DNA of 64,000 bases from positions 31,124,001 to 31,188,000 of the forward strand of contig NC_043006.1 of assembly GCF_006345805.1 (NCBI RefSeq), in the 5' to 3' direction. Positions 25,260 to 37,459 of this stretch are shown here, piece by piece. This DNA is from Octopus sinensis. Taxonomy: Eukaryota. Under the pieces are notes generated by a model. It had not been told where the DNA came from, did not search any database, and worked only from the letters and a program-made list of their open reading frames with translations. Within the stretch, counting starts at the first letter, position 1. The number at the start of each line of letters is the position of its first letter. The position numbers and the translations under genes are program-made.

Positions 25260-25559
25260 GGAATTATGTACATTATTTACATTATTTACATTTACATCTT
25301 GTCCTCATCACAATATTTCGGTTGATATACCCTCCAGCCTTCATCAGGTGTCTTGGGGAAATGTCGAACCTAGGTTCTCATTGCTAAGGTATTTTTCGAT
25401 GTTGTTGTTGTTGTTGTTGTTGTTGTTCAGTTCACTGCCTGGAATCGAACTCGGTATCTTCGAGCTAGTATGCCCACGGGCATATGGCGTAGTGGTTAAG
25501 AGCGCGGGCTAACCCCAAGATTCCGAGTTCGATTCCAGGCAGTGACCTGAATGATAATG

Positions 25560-25626
<67 letters not shown>

Positions 25627-25790
25627 TGATGATGATAATAATAACATCGAAAAATACCTTAGGAATAAGAACCCAGGTTCGAAATTTCCCCAAGGCACCT
25701 GATGAAGGCTGGAGGGTATATCAGTCGAAACCATTTGTTAACAACAAACAAGATGAGGACAAATATCCGTCAAATGTAAATAATGCAATA
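25260..25790. mobile_element. Head-to-head pair of SINE family E (tRNA head, (AAT)n, tail with hammerhead-like motif)
   Basis: The plus copy (25478-25790) has A box TGGCGTAGTGG (25485) and B box GAGTTCGATTCC (25525). The minus copy (~25260-25475) retains the B box (25441-25452) and the tail. Both tails contain CTGATGA...GAAA. Confidence 0.85.
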
Positions 25791-28079
25791 ATTTTTTTCT
25801 TCTCTTTTTTTCTTCATAATATCCAGAGTTAATTCTGCAACAAAGGATTATTATAAGACATTCTATTGAAGAATTAAGGATTATCTAATGGTAGAAGCTT
25901 GAAATAGAAATATGAATTGATGCCATAATTGTTGAAATATAAGAATACTGTATAATTGGATAATTGTACAGGATTTGAATTTGTGGAGTTAAAAAACTGA
26001 CGGAATAACAGTTTGCTTGTTGGAAACTGGTGGAATTTTCTGTAAAAATATTGGAGTTAACAGATCCGTCTGGATGCATGACTGATTACAATGAATTCGA
26101 TTTTAATTGCCTGGTTTTGGAAAAGCAGCAGAAATTAACTCAATTCTGGTGCCAGTCAACAGAAATTACAAAAAAAAAAATATCGAAATTCTTATTTTCT
26201 AAACGATTGAATAACACATAAAAAAAATTTCGATTGGTTGGATATTGAATTTCAGACTGTGTCTAAATCGATAATCGGTCAATCTTTATAAGAAAGTTGA
26301 ACATTTGATAAAGTGATCAATATGTTCTTTGTAATTTAATCTCCTGGAAATCCCTTCAGATGTACTTATACAGTCTGTTCCATTTGAAGCTGATGGGAGG
26401 GTGTTTAATAATAGCTGAACCTAGTTTTTGCACATATAATTAGTATCACGAATAGGGATATCATTTGGGCAATTTTATGATAACAGTAAAACAATTTTTG
26501 AATTCGAGATTACAAAAGAAAATCGATTTAAACACATTAAAAAGACAATGGAGAAATGAGGTAAAAAAAAATGTTAAATGAACTTTGATAAAGGATAATG
26601 TGAATTATGAGTTATTTAAACTGAGAAATGACTGATGTGATTGGTGATTGGAGAAAGGGCAAGCAGTGTAATGTGAGTGAAATAATAGTGTTCGAAATTG
26701 GAGTTCTAGTTACATTCCTCTGTGTGTGTGTGTGTATGTGTGTGTGTGTGTGTACGATGCGTGTGTGCTTGGTTATGTGAGTGTATGTGTGTGTGTCTGT
26801 GTATATATATATATATATATATACAGATACATATGTATAAATGCATGCATCTATGTAAGTATGTATTTCTCTATCTGTGTCTGTGTGTGTGTTTGCGTTC
26901 ATGTTCGTATGTGCGCTTGCATGTATGTGTGCATATGTGGACAGGGTGTATACACGTACATGTATCTATATATCTCTCTCTATATATACATATTTATATC
27001 GACATCTACACAAAAGATCTGCCGTCTCCTTTCCTTCTTCCTATTTGAGAATTCCATGTTTGCTTTCTGCGATGCTTTTCTGTTTCCAGATGAATCTGTG
27101 CAGAAGAGTGGAGCTGTGTCTGCGACTGCGCGCGCGCGCGTACGTGTGAGTGTGTGTGTGAGGGTATGAGTGCGTGTCTGTGTGTGACAGTGTATATCTG
27201 TGTGTGTTTATCTATTTTAATTGGCTGCTGGTACCTTCCCAGGTCAAACACTGTTGAGTACACAGAGCAGGTAGACGGCAGAAAATACAAAGACTGTCGC
27301 TTTGTCTTATGTATGCATGTATGTATGTATGTATGTATGTATGTATGTATGTATGTATGTATGTATGTATGTATGTATGTATGTATGCATGTATTATGTA
27401 TGTATGTATTATGTATGTATGCATGTATGTATGTATTATGTATGTATGTATTATGTATGTATGTATGTATGTATGTACGTATGTACGTATGTATGCATGT
27501 ATGTATGTATGTATGTATGTATGTATATATGTATGTATGTATGTATGCATGCATATATAGATGTATGTATGTATGAATCTGTGAATGTTCTTGTGTATGT
27601 GTTTGCGTATGTATGTTTCTTTGTATCTATGTATATATTCGTATGCGTGCATGTATGACTGTATGTACGTGTATGTATGTTTGTATGCATATGTATGTAT
27701 GTGTGTATTATGTATACCTGTGTACGTGTATATGCCCAAGTAAACATTTGTATTTGTCAATATTTGTACGCATTAGTTAATTTGTGTGTGAAAGTGTATC
27801 TATCAGTGTGTGTGTGCAAGTGTGTGTATGAGTGTATGTGTGTGTGTGCAAGTGTTTGTATGAGTGTGTATGTGTATGCGAATACATACAAATATACATG
27901 TAAATATATTACGATAAACATAATTGCTTATCTATGTGTATATATTAATGCAAGAGCACACACATTTACACACATGTGTATATGATTACGTGCTTGTATA
28001 TGCATGTATGTATATATGTGTGTGTGTATGTGAATGTGTGTGTATGTGAATATGTGTGTGATTGTGTGTGTATGTGATT

Positions 28080-28200
28080 GTGCAGTAAAGAAATTTGCTT
28101 TGCAACCACTTGGTTTTGGGTTCAGTCTCACTGCGCGGCACTTTAGGCTCCGACCCAGCGAATGGGTTTTGAATGAATTTTATTGACAGAAACTGTCTTG
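28080..28200 (+). mobile_element. SINE family A head fragment (diverged)
   Basis: aagaaatttgctttgcaaccacttggttttgggttcagtctcactgcgcggcac. Confidence 0.65.
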
Positions 28201-28233
28201 AATCTCGTCATACACACAACACACACACACACA

Positions 28234-28277
<44 letters not shown>

Positions 28278-28394
28278 ATACACACACACACACACATACA
28301 TACATACATACATACATACATACATACATACATACATACATACATACATACAAGCACACACACACACACACATACACACACACACATACATATA

Positions 28395-28683
28395 TTAAGC
28401 AGAAAATGGAGAAAATTCTTGATCAACAAACAAATTTACTACCATCGATTATAATTTTTTAATACAAAACTTTATCATTTCTAACAACTGTTTCTGCTTC
28501 TGGTACAGATTGGACGTGCTATAGAATATGACGAATAGCATTCTCAGAATTTTCTTTGGCAGCGCTGAAGGACATTGGAAGCAGAAACGGCTGTTAGAAA
28601 TGATAAAGTTTTGTATTAAAAAATAATAATTGATGGTAGTCAATTTGTTTGTTGATCAAGAATTTTCTCCATTTTCTGCTTAA
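28395..28683. mobile_element. Foldback MITE with ~106-bp near-perfect inverted arms and TTAA termini
   Basis: 28395-28500 and the reverse complement of 28578-28683 are nearly identical (a handful of substitutions); the spacer is 77 bp. Confidence 0.9.
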
Positions 28684-28852
28684 ATTAAATTTGATTTCTT
28701 ATAAACTTTTGTTTATTTTGTTATTGCCTGTATCCTTCTATGAGCATAGTATGCTTGCATATGTATGCCCAGGGTTAACATAGGTAATTGATACCGGTAC
28801 TAAAGACGGATGTTCTTATTCCATAGATGGTTAGTCAAACTGCTAACTCTAC

Positions 28853-28968
<116 letters not shown>

Positions 28969-29199
28969 GAGATTCAGTTGAATTAGGTACTTAAGTTGAA
29001 GCACCATGTCAGTCCGGTATTATCCGCACATATCGAAGTAAGGTGTATAAAATCAAAATAAGCAACAGGATATCAAGTAGTGATGCAGTACGACCGTTTC
29101 AAGCGACTCCATTTAATTGAACAATTCAATCATTACATGAGTGTGTATGTTTGTCCCGCCACCAACTTTACTGTGGTTGTTGTCTGTCTTCTATCTTTC

Positions 29200-29395
29200 A
29201 TCTTTTACTTGTTTCAGTCATTAGATCTGCGGCCATGCGGGGCACTGCCTTGAAGAAATTTATCGACTGCAAGACATATTTTTTATAAGCCTGCTACTTA
29301 TTATATCGTCCACTTTTGCCGAACTACTAAGTTACGGGTAGGTAAACACACCACCATCCGTTGTTAAGCGGTCGATGGGGATGGGGACAAGCACA
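29200..29395 (-). mobile_element. SINE family A 3' half
   Basis: ttttacttgtttcagtcattagatctgcggccatgcggggcac...ttgccgaactactaagttacggg. Confidence 0.75.
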
Positions 29396-29448
29396 AACAA
29401 AAAGATACACGCGCATGTATATATATATATGCATGTATATATATATGC

Positions 29449-29534
<86 letters not shown>

Positions 29535-29540
29535 ATATAT

Positions 29541-30595
29541 GTAAAGTCAGGCAGAGAGCAACTCTGGAAAATCCTCGCTGAGCGATTTACGCAGTATCTA
29601 GACGAGGGAAGAATTCCCTCGTAGTGGAAAGAGTTAAATACCATCCTGCTGTATAAGAAGGGCGACAGAGAAGATCTAAAGAACTACCGACCCATATGCC
29701 TGCTGTCTCACGTGTACAAGCTGTTCACGAAGATAATTCTGAACAGGTTGTCACGTCGTCTCGACGAACAACAACCGAGGGAGCAAGCAGGCTTCCTGAA
29801 GAACTACAGCACAATGGACCATATATTTGCTCTAACGCAACTGCTTGAGCGAGCAAATGAGTACAAGCTGCCTCTTTGCGTTGCGTTTATAGATTATGAG
29901 AAGGCCTTCGATAGCGTCGAAACCAACGCAGTGCTGAACTCGCTGCAGAGGCAAGGAATCGAAGCGCAATATGTGCAGCTGCTCAGAGAGGCAAATTCCG
30001 GATGCACCACCGACATAGCTCTACTGTCATCACCCATACGAGTGCCGGTCGAGAAGGGAGTGAAGCAAGGAGATACAATCTCCCCAAAACTTTTCACTGC
30101 ATGTCTCGAACAGATCATCAGAGGCATCGAATGGCAAGGTGGTGTCAACATCAATGGCGAGCTCCTCACTCACCTCCGTTTCGCTGACGACATCGTACTC
30201 ATCGCTGAAAACATGGATCAGCTTCAGACCATGCTGACGAAGCTCGACATCAAAAGTTCTGCAGTAGGTCTCAAGATGAACCGCATGAAAACAAAGTTCA
30301 TGCGGTCAGACAATGTATCAACAGGTCGAATGGTAATCGGCAGTGATGAAATAGAGGAGGTGAGATAATATGTCTACCTGGGACAGGAAGTAAATATGTG
30401 CCGGGATATCAAAAAGGAGATCTCACGGAGAGTAAGGGCCGGATGGAAGGCGTTCAATGGCATAAGGGATGTGCTCAAGGGAAGGTTGGACAGGACCACC
30501 CGCGCCAACCTCATTAACAGTGCAGTTCTGCCTGCAATGTTATATGGTAGTGAAACATGGGCTACCACAAAGAAAGAAGAGCAAAGACTGGTAAA
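29541..30595 (+). mobile_element. RTE-clade LINE reverse-transcriptase segment, little decayed
   Basis: One reading frame with only two internal stops: ILLYKKGDREDLKNYRPICLLSHVYKLF, QPREQAGF, AFIDYEKAFDSV, GVKQGDTISPKLF, LRFADDIVL, YVYLGQ, RRVRAGWKAF, VLPAMLYGSETW. Confidence 0.95.
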
Positions 30596-30725
30596 CATGA
30601 AGTATCGAAGAGAGTTCTATGAAAAGCAAAGTTAGGTTTTATAAAACTGTGCCTCATTAGAAAACATTTTAAGTCTGCTTACAACCTAACTTTGCTTTTC
30701 ATAGAACTCTCTTCGATACTTCATG
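30596..30725. mobile_element. 130-bp hairpin MITE with perfect 43-bp inverted arms; truncates the RTE
   Basis: catgaagtatcgaagagagttctatgaaaagcaaagttaggtt (30596-30638) has its exact reverse complement at 30683-30725. Confidence 0.9.
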
Positions 30726-31029
30726 AGTGTAGCCTCACTCCCTAGGATGTTTGGAAAACTCATATGTGTTTTGGCTGATGAATACGGGACACTTGTATTT
30801 ACTGCAATATTTGCAGCTTTAAATAAACCTGTTCTTCGTATGAAACAATTGTACTGAACAACTAATCCATTCTTGTTGCTTTTTTCCTGTTTATAATCAC
30901 CCCACATTATTTTATGGTTAATACCATAAAAATTTCTGGTGCATCTAAGTTAAGTACCACATTCATTTGAATTCATTAGAATTCATTTGAATCTTAATAA
31001 TTTTACTGATATATATATATAGAGGAACG

Positions 31030-33260
31030 AGCTATTACATGTTGACTGGTCCTTTACACATACACACATCTCCACCAACCATAAAACATCTTGGCAGATC
31101 TTTGTAGACACCGTCACAGACATATGTGCAAAACACTCCCCACCAAGACCTGTGAACAAGAAGTGCAGAATCCCCCAAAACAGAAAAACCATTATCAGAA
31201 AAATAAAAAGAACAAACAAAAAAATTAACAAACTAAAGTACTGCCAACAGCAACACACACATTCGACGGCTATCGCACTGCTTGAATCCAAAAAATATAA
31301 CCTCCAACAATGCATGAAGACCCTCATCAATAACCAAAGATCAGCTGAGGAGAGTGGGCCATTGAAAAAATCAAACTCAACCCCCAAGTGTTCTTTTCAT
31401 TTGCGAGGAAACGCAGGGTCACTGTCTCCACTGTAGGCCCTCTAATTGACGAAACTGGCACTCTCCAAGATAATGCCAAATCCATGGCCGAGATACTGCA
31501 GAAACAATACTGCTCTGTTTTCAGCAATCCTGATATGGCCGATCTGGGCTGTATCAGTGATGTCAACCCCCAACACACTATATCGGACATAACGTTTAGT
31601 GCCCCTGATGTCTTAGCGGCGATAAACGAAATAAAACACAATTCAGCAGTAGGCCCCGATAGGTTCCCTGCTTGTGTCCTGAAGGGTGTCGACACCAACT
31701 TGCATCTCCCCTTGCTAATCTGTGGAGAAACTCACTGGATGCTGGCTATATTCCAAAAAACCTTCTGTCCCAGTCTGTTGTCCCAGTTTTCAAAAAGGGA
31801 AACAAGTCCCTTGCAGTGAATTACCGTCCGATCTCACTCACCTCATCATATCATCAAGGTATTTGAGAGGGTGGTGAGATCTCGAATAACCCAATTTCTG
31901 GAAAGCAACAGACGGCTGATCTCCAACCAACATGGGTTCCGTAATGGAAGGGACTGCCTAACGCAGCCCTGCATCACTTTGAGGACATTTTGAGAGCTTT
32001 GGGAGAGGGCTCCAACACCGATGTCATCTACCTTGATTTCAGTAAGGCCTTCGACAGGGTCGATCACAAGATCCTATTGAAAATACTATCCACATTGGTG
32101 TCTCTGGAAAGTTACTGAAATGGATCAAGTGTTTCCTGACAGACAGATCTCAACATGTTGTAGTTGAAGGGGTAAAATCAGCCCAGCCAAAGTCAGTAGT
32201 GGCGTTCCGCAAGGCACTGTGCTGGGCCCACTTCTTTTCATCATTTACATTAATGACATTAATGACATCATCAAGCACAGCAACATAAAAATCTTTGCAG
32301 ATGACTCCAAGCTACAGAAGGTCATAAATGAGGCGAGTGACCGGACATGCCTTCAGTCAGATCTACTGGCTGTATCCAATGGGCAGAAAAAAACAATATG
32401 CTGCTGAACGAGGATAAATTGAGCTAATCCACTTTGGAAAAGAGGATGCCCTGAAACTCCCATACTCCCTTCCTTCAGGTGAACTCTCGCGGCGTCCAAC
32501 ACATCAGAGACTTGGGAGTAATTTGGACAACAACATAAGCTGGGCCACTCATAAAACACCAAAGTTGACATGGCCCGCAGAATGTGTTCCTGGATTCTCA
32601 GAACTTTCCAGTCGAGAATATCCACACCATTATCCTTCTCTTCTCCACTTTTGCCAACCCCACACTGAATATTGTTGTCCACTGTGGTCTCCCACACAAT
32701 ACAAGGTATCATAAAAGTTGAAGCACCTCAAAGGGCAATCACAAAAAAGATAGATGGCATGACAAGCCTCGACTATTGGGGTCGACTAGAAAAGCTAAAA
32801 CTCTATTCTCTCCAACGTCGTCGTGAGCGCTACATCATCTGCATGATGTGGAAAATATTCCATCAGCATTGCCCAAATGATGTTGGCATCACCTTTAAGG
32901 TCATCCAAGGCTTGGGCCCCGTGCCATCCGCCAAAACAAAAATCGCACTCTCATCTCATAACAACAATACGGCACAATTATTTCACCTCAATTGGCCCCG
33001 CTCTCTTTAACATTACACCAAAACACATTAAAACAGAAACTGACCCTATAGGGTTCAAGAATCTTTGACAGATTCCTTCAAGAAATCCCGGATAAGCCCC
33101 TACACCCGGATATGTCTCTGTAAACATAACTCTCTACTTGAGTGGGCCATAGTGCCCAAATTCTGACTTGAAAGACTTCACCAGGTGGTGCTATTAAGTT
33201 AGACATGGCCTGGGCCAATAATGGCCGAAACCTATCAAAGTATCAAAGTATCAAAGTATA
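31030..33260 (+). mobile_element. CR1-clade LINE, 5'-truncated ORF2 with frameshifts and an 8-mer tail
   Basis: FFSFARKRR...[78 protein letters not shown]; the 3' terminus is (TATCAAAG)x3 at ~33238-33260. Confidence 0.93.
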
Positions 33261-33277
33261 TATATATCTATATATAT

Positions 33278-33325
<48 letters not shown>

Positions 33326-33337
33326 GTATATATATAT

Positions 33338-33374
<37 letters not shown>

Positions 33375-33413
33375 GTATATATATATGTATGTGTATATAT
33401 ATATATGTATGTA

Positions 33414-33456
<43 letters not shown>

Positions 33457-33517
33457 GCATATGTATATATATATATATAATATGTATGTTGCATATATAT
33501 TTATATATGTATGTATG

Positions 33518-33550
<33 letters not shown>

Positions 33551-33599
33551 TGTAATACAGCGGCGGCCAGTTCTGGCATTTGTATAACACTCAATGCCG

Positions 33600-33770
33600 T
33601 AATTAGGGTTTAGCCCTTCTAGAGTTTTCCATATGTAGATTATTACATATCTGTCGCGCCTTCGCTCCAGGGAGTAAAGCTGCTGTTTTTCAGCCTCTCC
33701 CTGTAGCTCATCCGCTGCACTGTTTCAATAATTTTAGTGTAGTGACGTTGGACTGCTTCAAGCTCCAATG
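33600..33770 (-). mobile_element. CR1-like LINE 3' ORF2 fragment
   Basis: [23 protein letters not shown], then [10 protein letters not shown]-like sequence after a frameshift. Confidence 0.75.
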
Positions 33771-33849
33771 TTAGTTTGGCACTAAGAAACAAGACAGAAA
33801 TAAAAAGGAAAAAAAGAAAGAAAGAAGTAAACCAATTTGAAAGAAGCTT

Positions 33850-34330
33850 ACATTGCAACTGGATCAGAACGGAGTCGAGTATGAAGAAGCCCACAGTTTA
33901 CTCAAGACAATATAAAAAGACAATCCAATGGGTCAATGAAACAAAGAAGTAAAAGAAGAGCTATTAAAAGAAGAAGGGACAGGGCTACTGAAAAACTGTC
34001 AAAGAATGCTGAAGAGGATTTCTTACAAGAGGAATCGACAGAAGTCACTGGAGGGTGGCTGGGAAGTTTTACCGCACTCTCCATATTCATTCGGCTTTGC
34101 GCCTTCCTATTTTGGTGTCTTAAAAATTCATTGAATGAACAAATCTTCAACTCTAAAAGGGATGTCAACATTCTCCTGAAGGAGTTTTTCACCAGTAAAG
34201 ACAGGAAATTCTTTGAGCATGGAAAAATGGATCTGCTCACAATATGGCAGAAGAAACTGGAAGGAAACGATAATTGCATCATTGATTGAATTAATCGCTT
34301 TGTGTTTAAAACCAGTTTAAAATTCATTTT
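33850..34330 (+). mobile_element. Mariner transposase remnant (C-terminal)
   Basis: GWEVLPHSPYSFGFAPS (cf. HPPYSPDLAPSD); LKNSLNEQIFNSKRDVNILLKEFFTSKDRKFFEHG..DLLTIWQK. Confidence 0.85.
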
Positions 34331-34812
34331 CGCTTAAAAACTGATCGGATTTTTTTAGCCAACTCATTAGAGCCAATAGCCATTTCTTGAGGTTTTGGTG
34401 AAAAGGTCATCTAAACTAATTGCCATTGAACGCTACTTAATCTATAAGTCTCGTCTGTAATACAGCGCTGAGAAACCGATTGTAAAACGCATACGACATT
34501 GAGCAAAAGGAATCTGGACAAATAAGTGAATTTTTGAAAATGTATTCCTGAATAACAAATATCCGATTAATCATATCAATGCCACAGTGAGGTTCAATGG
34601 AGAGATTAAGCCAAATTCCATTCTATTTTACTGAAATAATTTGTCTGAAAATATTCAGGTAAGATGGAATGGAGGTGGTGGAATGTGATTCACGGTACTG
34701 ACATCTTTCTGGGGATTAAGGATTGGCCGTAATAATTAGGGGGGAACCTCAGGAGTAATACGTAGGATAAGACGAGAAGCGAATGAGTCGGGTGGATAGG
34801 TAGATAAGTTTA

Positions 34813-34846
<34 letters not shown>

Positions 34847-34849
34847 CAA

Positions 34850-35012
34850 TTGCAGCGTGGAAGGTGTTTATAAGCCATTTAAAACACACAAAAACCGTTA
34901 GATTCATTTCAACATTTAAATTTAATTTGCCAAAATATTTTCGTCGCTTTGAGACCGCGACCTGTTCATTGACAAAATTCCGTTCCAGCACACGATCTCA
35001 GGTCACTTCCTA
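34850..35012. repeat. Short interspersed repeat, second copy at 38975-39100; possibly a Penelope terminal fragment
   Basis: gcagcgtggaaggtgtttataagccattta...accgttagattc...tttaatttgccaaa.tattttcgtcgcttt..gaccgcgacctgttca.tgacaaaa is shared by both copies. Confidence 0.7.
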
Positions 35013-35025
35013 TGCAAGTACATCT

Positions 35026-35097
<72 letters not shown>

Positions 35098-35658
35098 GAG
35101 GGAGAGAGAGAGAGATGGAGAGGGCAATGGAGGGAAGGAGATAGAGATGGAATGAGGAAAGAGAGTACGAGAGAGTGATAGATAGAAAGATTGAGCTAAT
35201 AGGTGATGGTTAGACCTAAAAGAAAAGATAGCGGTGCACCTCTCATTACAGTGCAGTAAATGCTAAGTAATAGATACGGCGATATGTCGTCTGCCATAAT
35301 GAAAATACACTTGCTGCCTTAAACTCAAACGATGTGGGTTAGTTAAGTCGTGATATCATAACACAATAGTGGATTACACAATAAGTGGTATTGCCTCGTG
35401 TCTGTGTGAAGAGAGGAGACAATACTTGTGGCTCTGGGGCCTTCTATCAACAATGAAAAGAGGATTTCTTACTCCGTCCTTCAAAATTTTCCCGGATATA
35501 TATACTCCACACGTGCACCGGCATAATGCACTTCACTTGATAGCTTGTTAGATGCTTACTATCTTGTACTCGGAATCAGTAAAAACTAATACTGTTGTCT
35601 GTTTGTTTAGCTTACTGGTTAGCCACCCTCTTCAGTCCATTCTCCCCCACCCCACTCC

Positions 35659-35702
<44 letters not shown>

Positions 35703-35979
35703 TGTTCATTCTAATACCCGCTTCTTCTTCTTTTCTCTCTTCTCTCATTTTTATTTTATTTTTTTATTTTACGACCGGTCATATAATATGAAACTGTCTC
35801 CGTTTCAGCCTATTTTGAGCAGATCTACCTGCTTGCTACCCTCTCCCACTCCCCCTCTCTCTCTCCCATTCAATTCCTCCTGTCTCTCGTTGTTTCTTGC
35901 TATTTATTGTATGTCTTACCGGTGCATCTCTCACTGTCTCTCCCACTTTACAAATAGTCGGTTACCTCGCCCTTTCGCC

Positions 35980-36066
<87 letters not shown>

Positions 36067-36409
36067 GTCTTCGTAATCCTTTCATCGATATTTCTTGATA
36101 CTTTATCTTATATTTTCCTCCTCCTCTTCCCCTTTATTCTCTTTTTATTCTTCCTTAATAGTTGCATTGTTGCTTTATTAACTCATTCCCTCCCCTTTCT
36201 CCTCTCACCTCTCCTTTCTCTGCCTCTTACTCCTACTCTTCACAGATGACACTCTCTCACATAATTACAACCACCCCCTCCTACTACAGTTATAATCGAC
36301 CTCACCCCCTAACTTCTCAGCATAATCTTCCTCGAAGTCAAATCTTTCTCTTTTCTATGTTTCTCTTTTATCTCCTTTTAACCGCCCAGTTTCATACCAT
36401 TTAACCTGG

Positions 36410-36600
36410 TGTCCAGTGGTCGAATCGGTTGAGCGTCGGACAAAATATTTTACAGTATTTGTTCCGGCTTTTTACATTCTGAGTTCAAATCCTCTTAACC
36501 TGTCATTCTGCCGACGGTCAATAAATTAAAGTACCAGTCAAGTACTGGGGTCGATTTAATCGATGAAGAATTTCCCTCCACATTTGTGGCCCTTTGTTTT
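36410..36600 (+). mobile_element. SINE family B, old diverged copy
   Basis: gaatcggttgagcgtcggac...ctgagttcaaatcc...aagtaccagtcaagtactggggtcgat. Confidence 0.65.
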
Positions 36601-36639
36601 GGTGAAGAATTAATGAAGTAAGATTAATGTTAATGTTTC

Positions 36640-37050
36640 GCTTAAACTATTGCGAGTCGGCACACGCATGAAGAACATGGACAGGGAGAAAGTTCTAGAG
36701 GGATTGATGTTGGGGGAAGAAGTGGTTAAGGCGGGATCACAAGGTTGGAGTGATGAGAGTTCGAGTTACAAACGAGTAGTGAGTGCCAAAGTATTGGAGA
36801 TAAGAGACAAATCAATTCTGAGGAACAGAGGCCATTAAAGTAGGGTCATGCTGGAGTATGTACAGTGTTACTCGATAGTTTTATAAACATTTCTATAAAA
36901 GTTAGCTGATGCAATGCCAGTAAGTAACGGCAAAGGGTATTCCTTCAGCCGATGAAGCCTCATAATATATAAACATGTTTGGAGTTGTCTACCTTGCTTA
37001 ATCACCCCCAAAATAATGTTAGCAAACCACTTAATATTTTTCTTATTCAT
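36640..37050 (-). mobile_element. Old L2/Daphne-like LINE 3' ORF fragment
   Basis: The minus strand encodes YFNGLCSSEL (~36845-36815) and, downstream, a decayed IPRT..LPVHV. Heavily degraded. Confidence 0.45.
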
Positions 37051-37378
37051 CGCATGTAACCCAACTGCGGTTAATAGTAATGGTGAAAACATTGGAAGAG
37101 CCAAACCTTTTTTTTTTTATGTATGTGCATGCACGTTTGTTTGCAAGGAGTTTTCTTTTTGTTCAATCATGACGTAACTTTGCCTTTCTGTTTCTTATTT
37201 TAGTCTGTATATTCTTGCCACAATACAGAATGGGAATGGTAGATGGATGTATATGGATATATAGACAAGCAGGTGACCAGTTGCCTTATTTCGCACGTAC
37301 ATGCACACATATGCATATACATTCACGAGTAAAAGCAAACACACATGTATATGTATTTATGTTTATACACAGACACAC

Positions 37379-37459
<81 letters not shown>

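Noticed and set aside
25478-25545. tRNA-like sequence with A and B boxes (similar heads at 8229, 60883, 61760)
   Set aside because: Each continues directly into SINE body sequence and lacks a complete cloverleaf and acceptor stem; these are SINE heads, not tRNA genes.
30686-30907. ORF with RRTGLFKAA, superficially like a MADS box
   Set aside because: The similarity is only a few residues, the rest of the domain is missing, and the ORF end is formed by the hairpin MITE.
34440-34740. Possible very old LINE RT fragment on the minus strand (NYYGQSL resembling NYRPISL)
   Set aside because: It is too degraded to support from sequence alone.
36868-37104. 78-aa minus-strand ORF (MALPMFSPLLL...) as a possible host exon
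   Set aside because: It lies directly upstream of a YFNGLCSSEL LINE motif and is more simply explained as decayed L2/Daphne sequence; I recognise no protein family.
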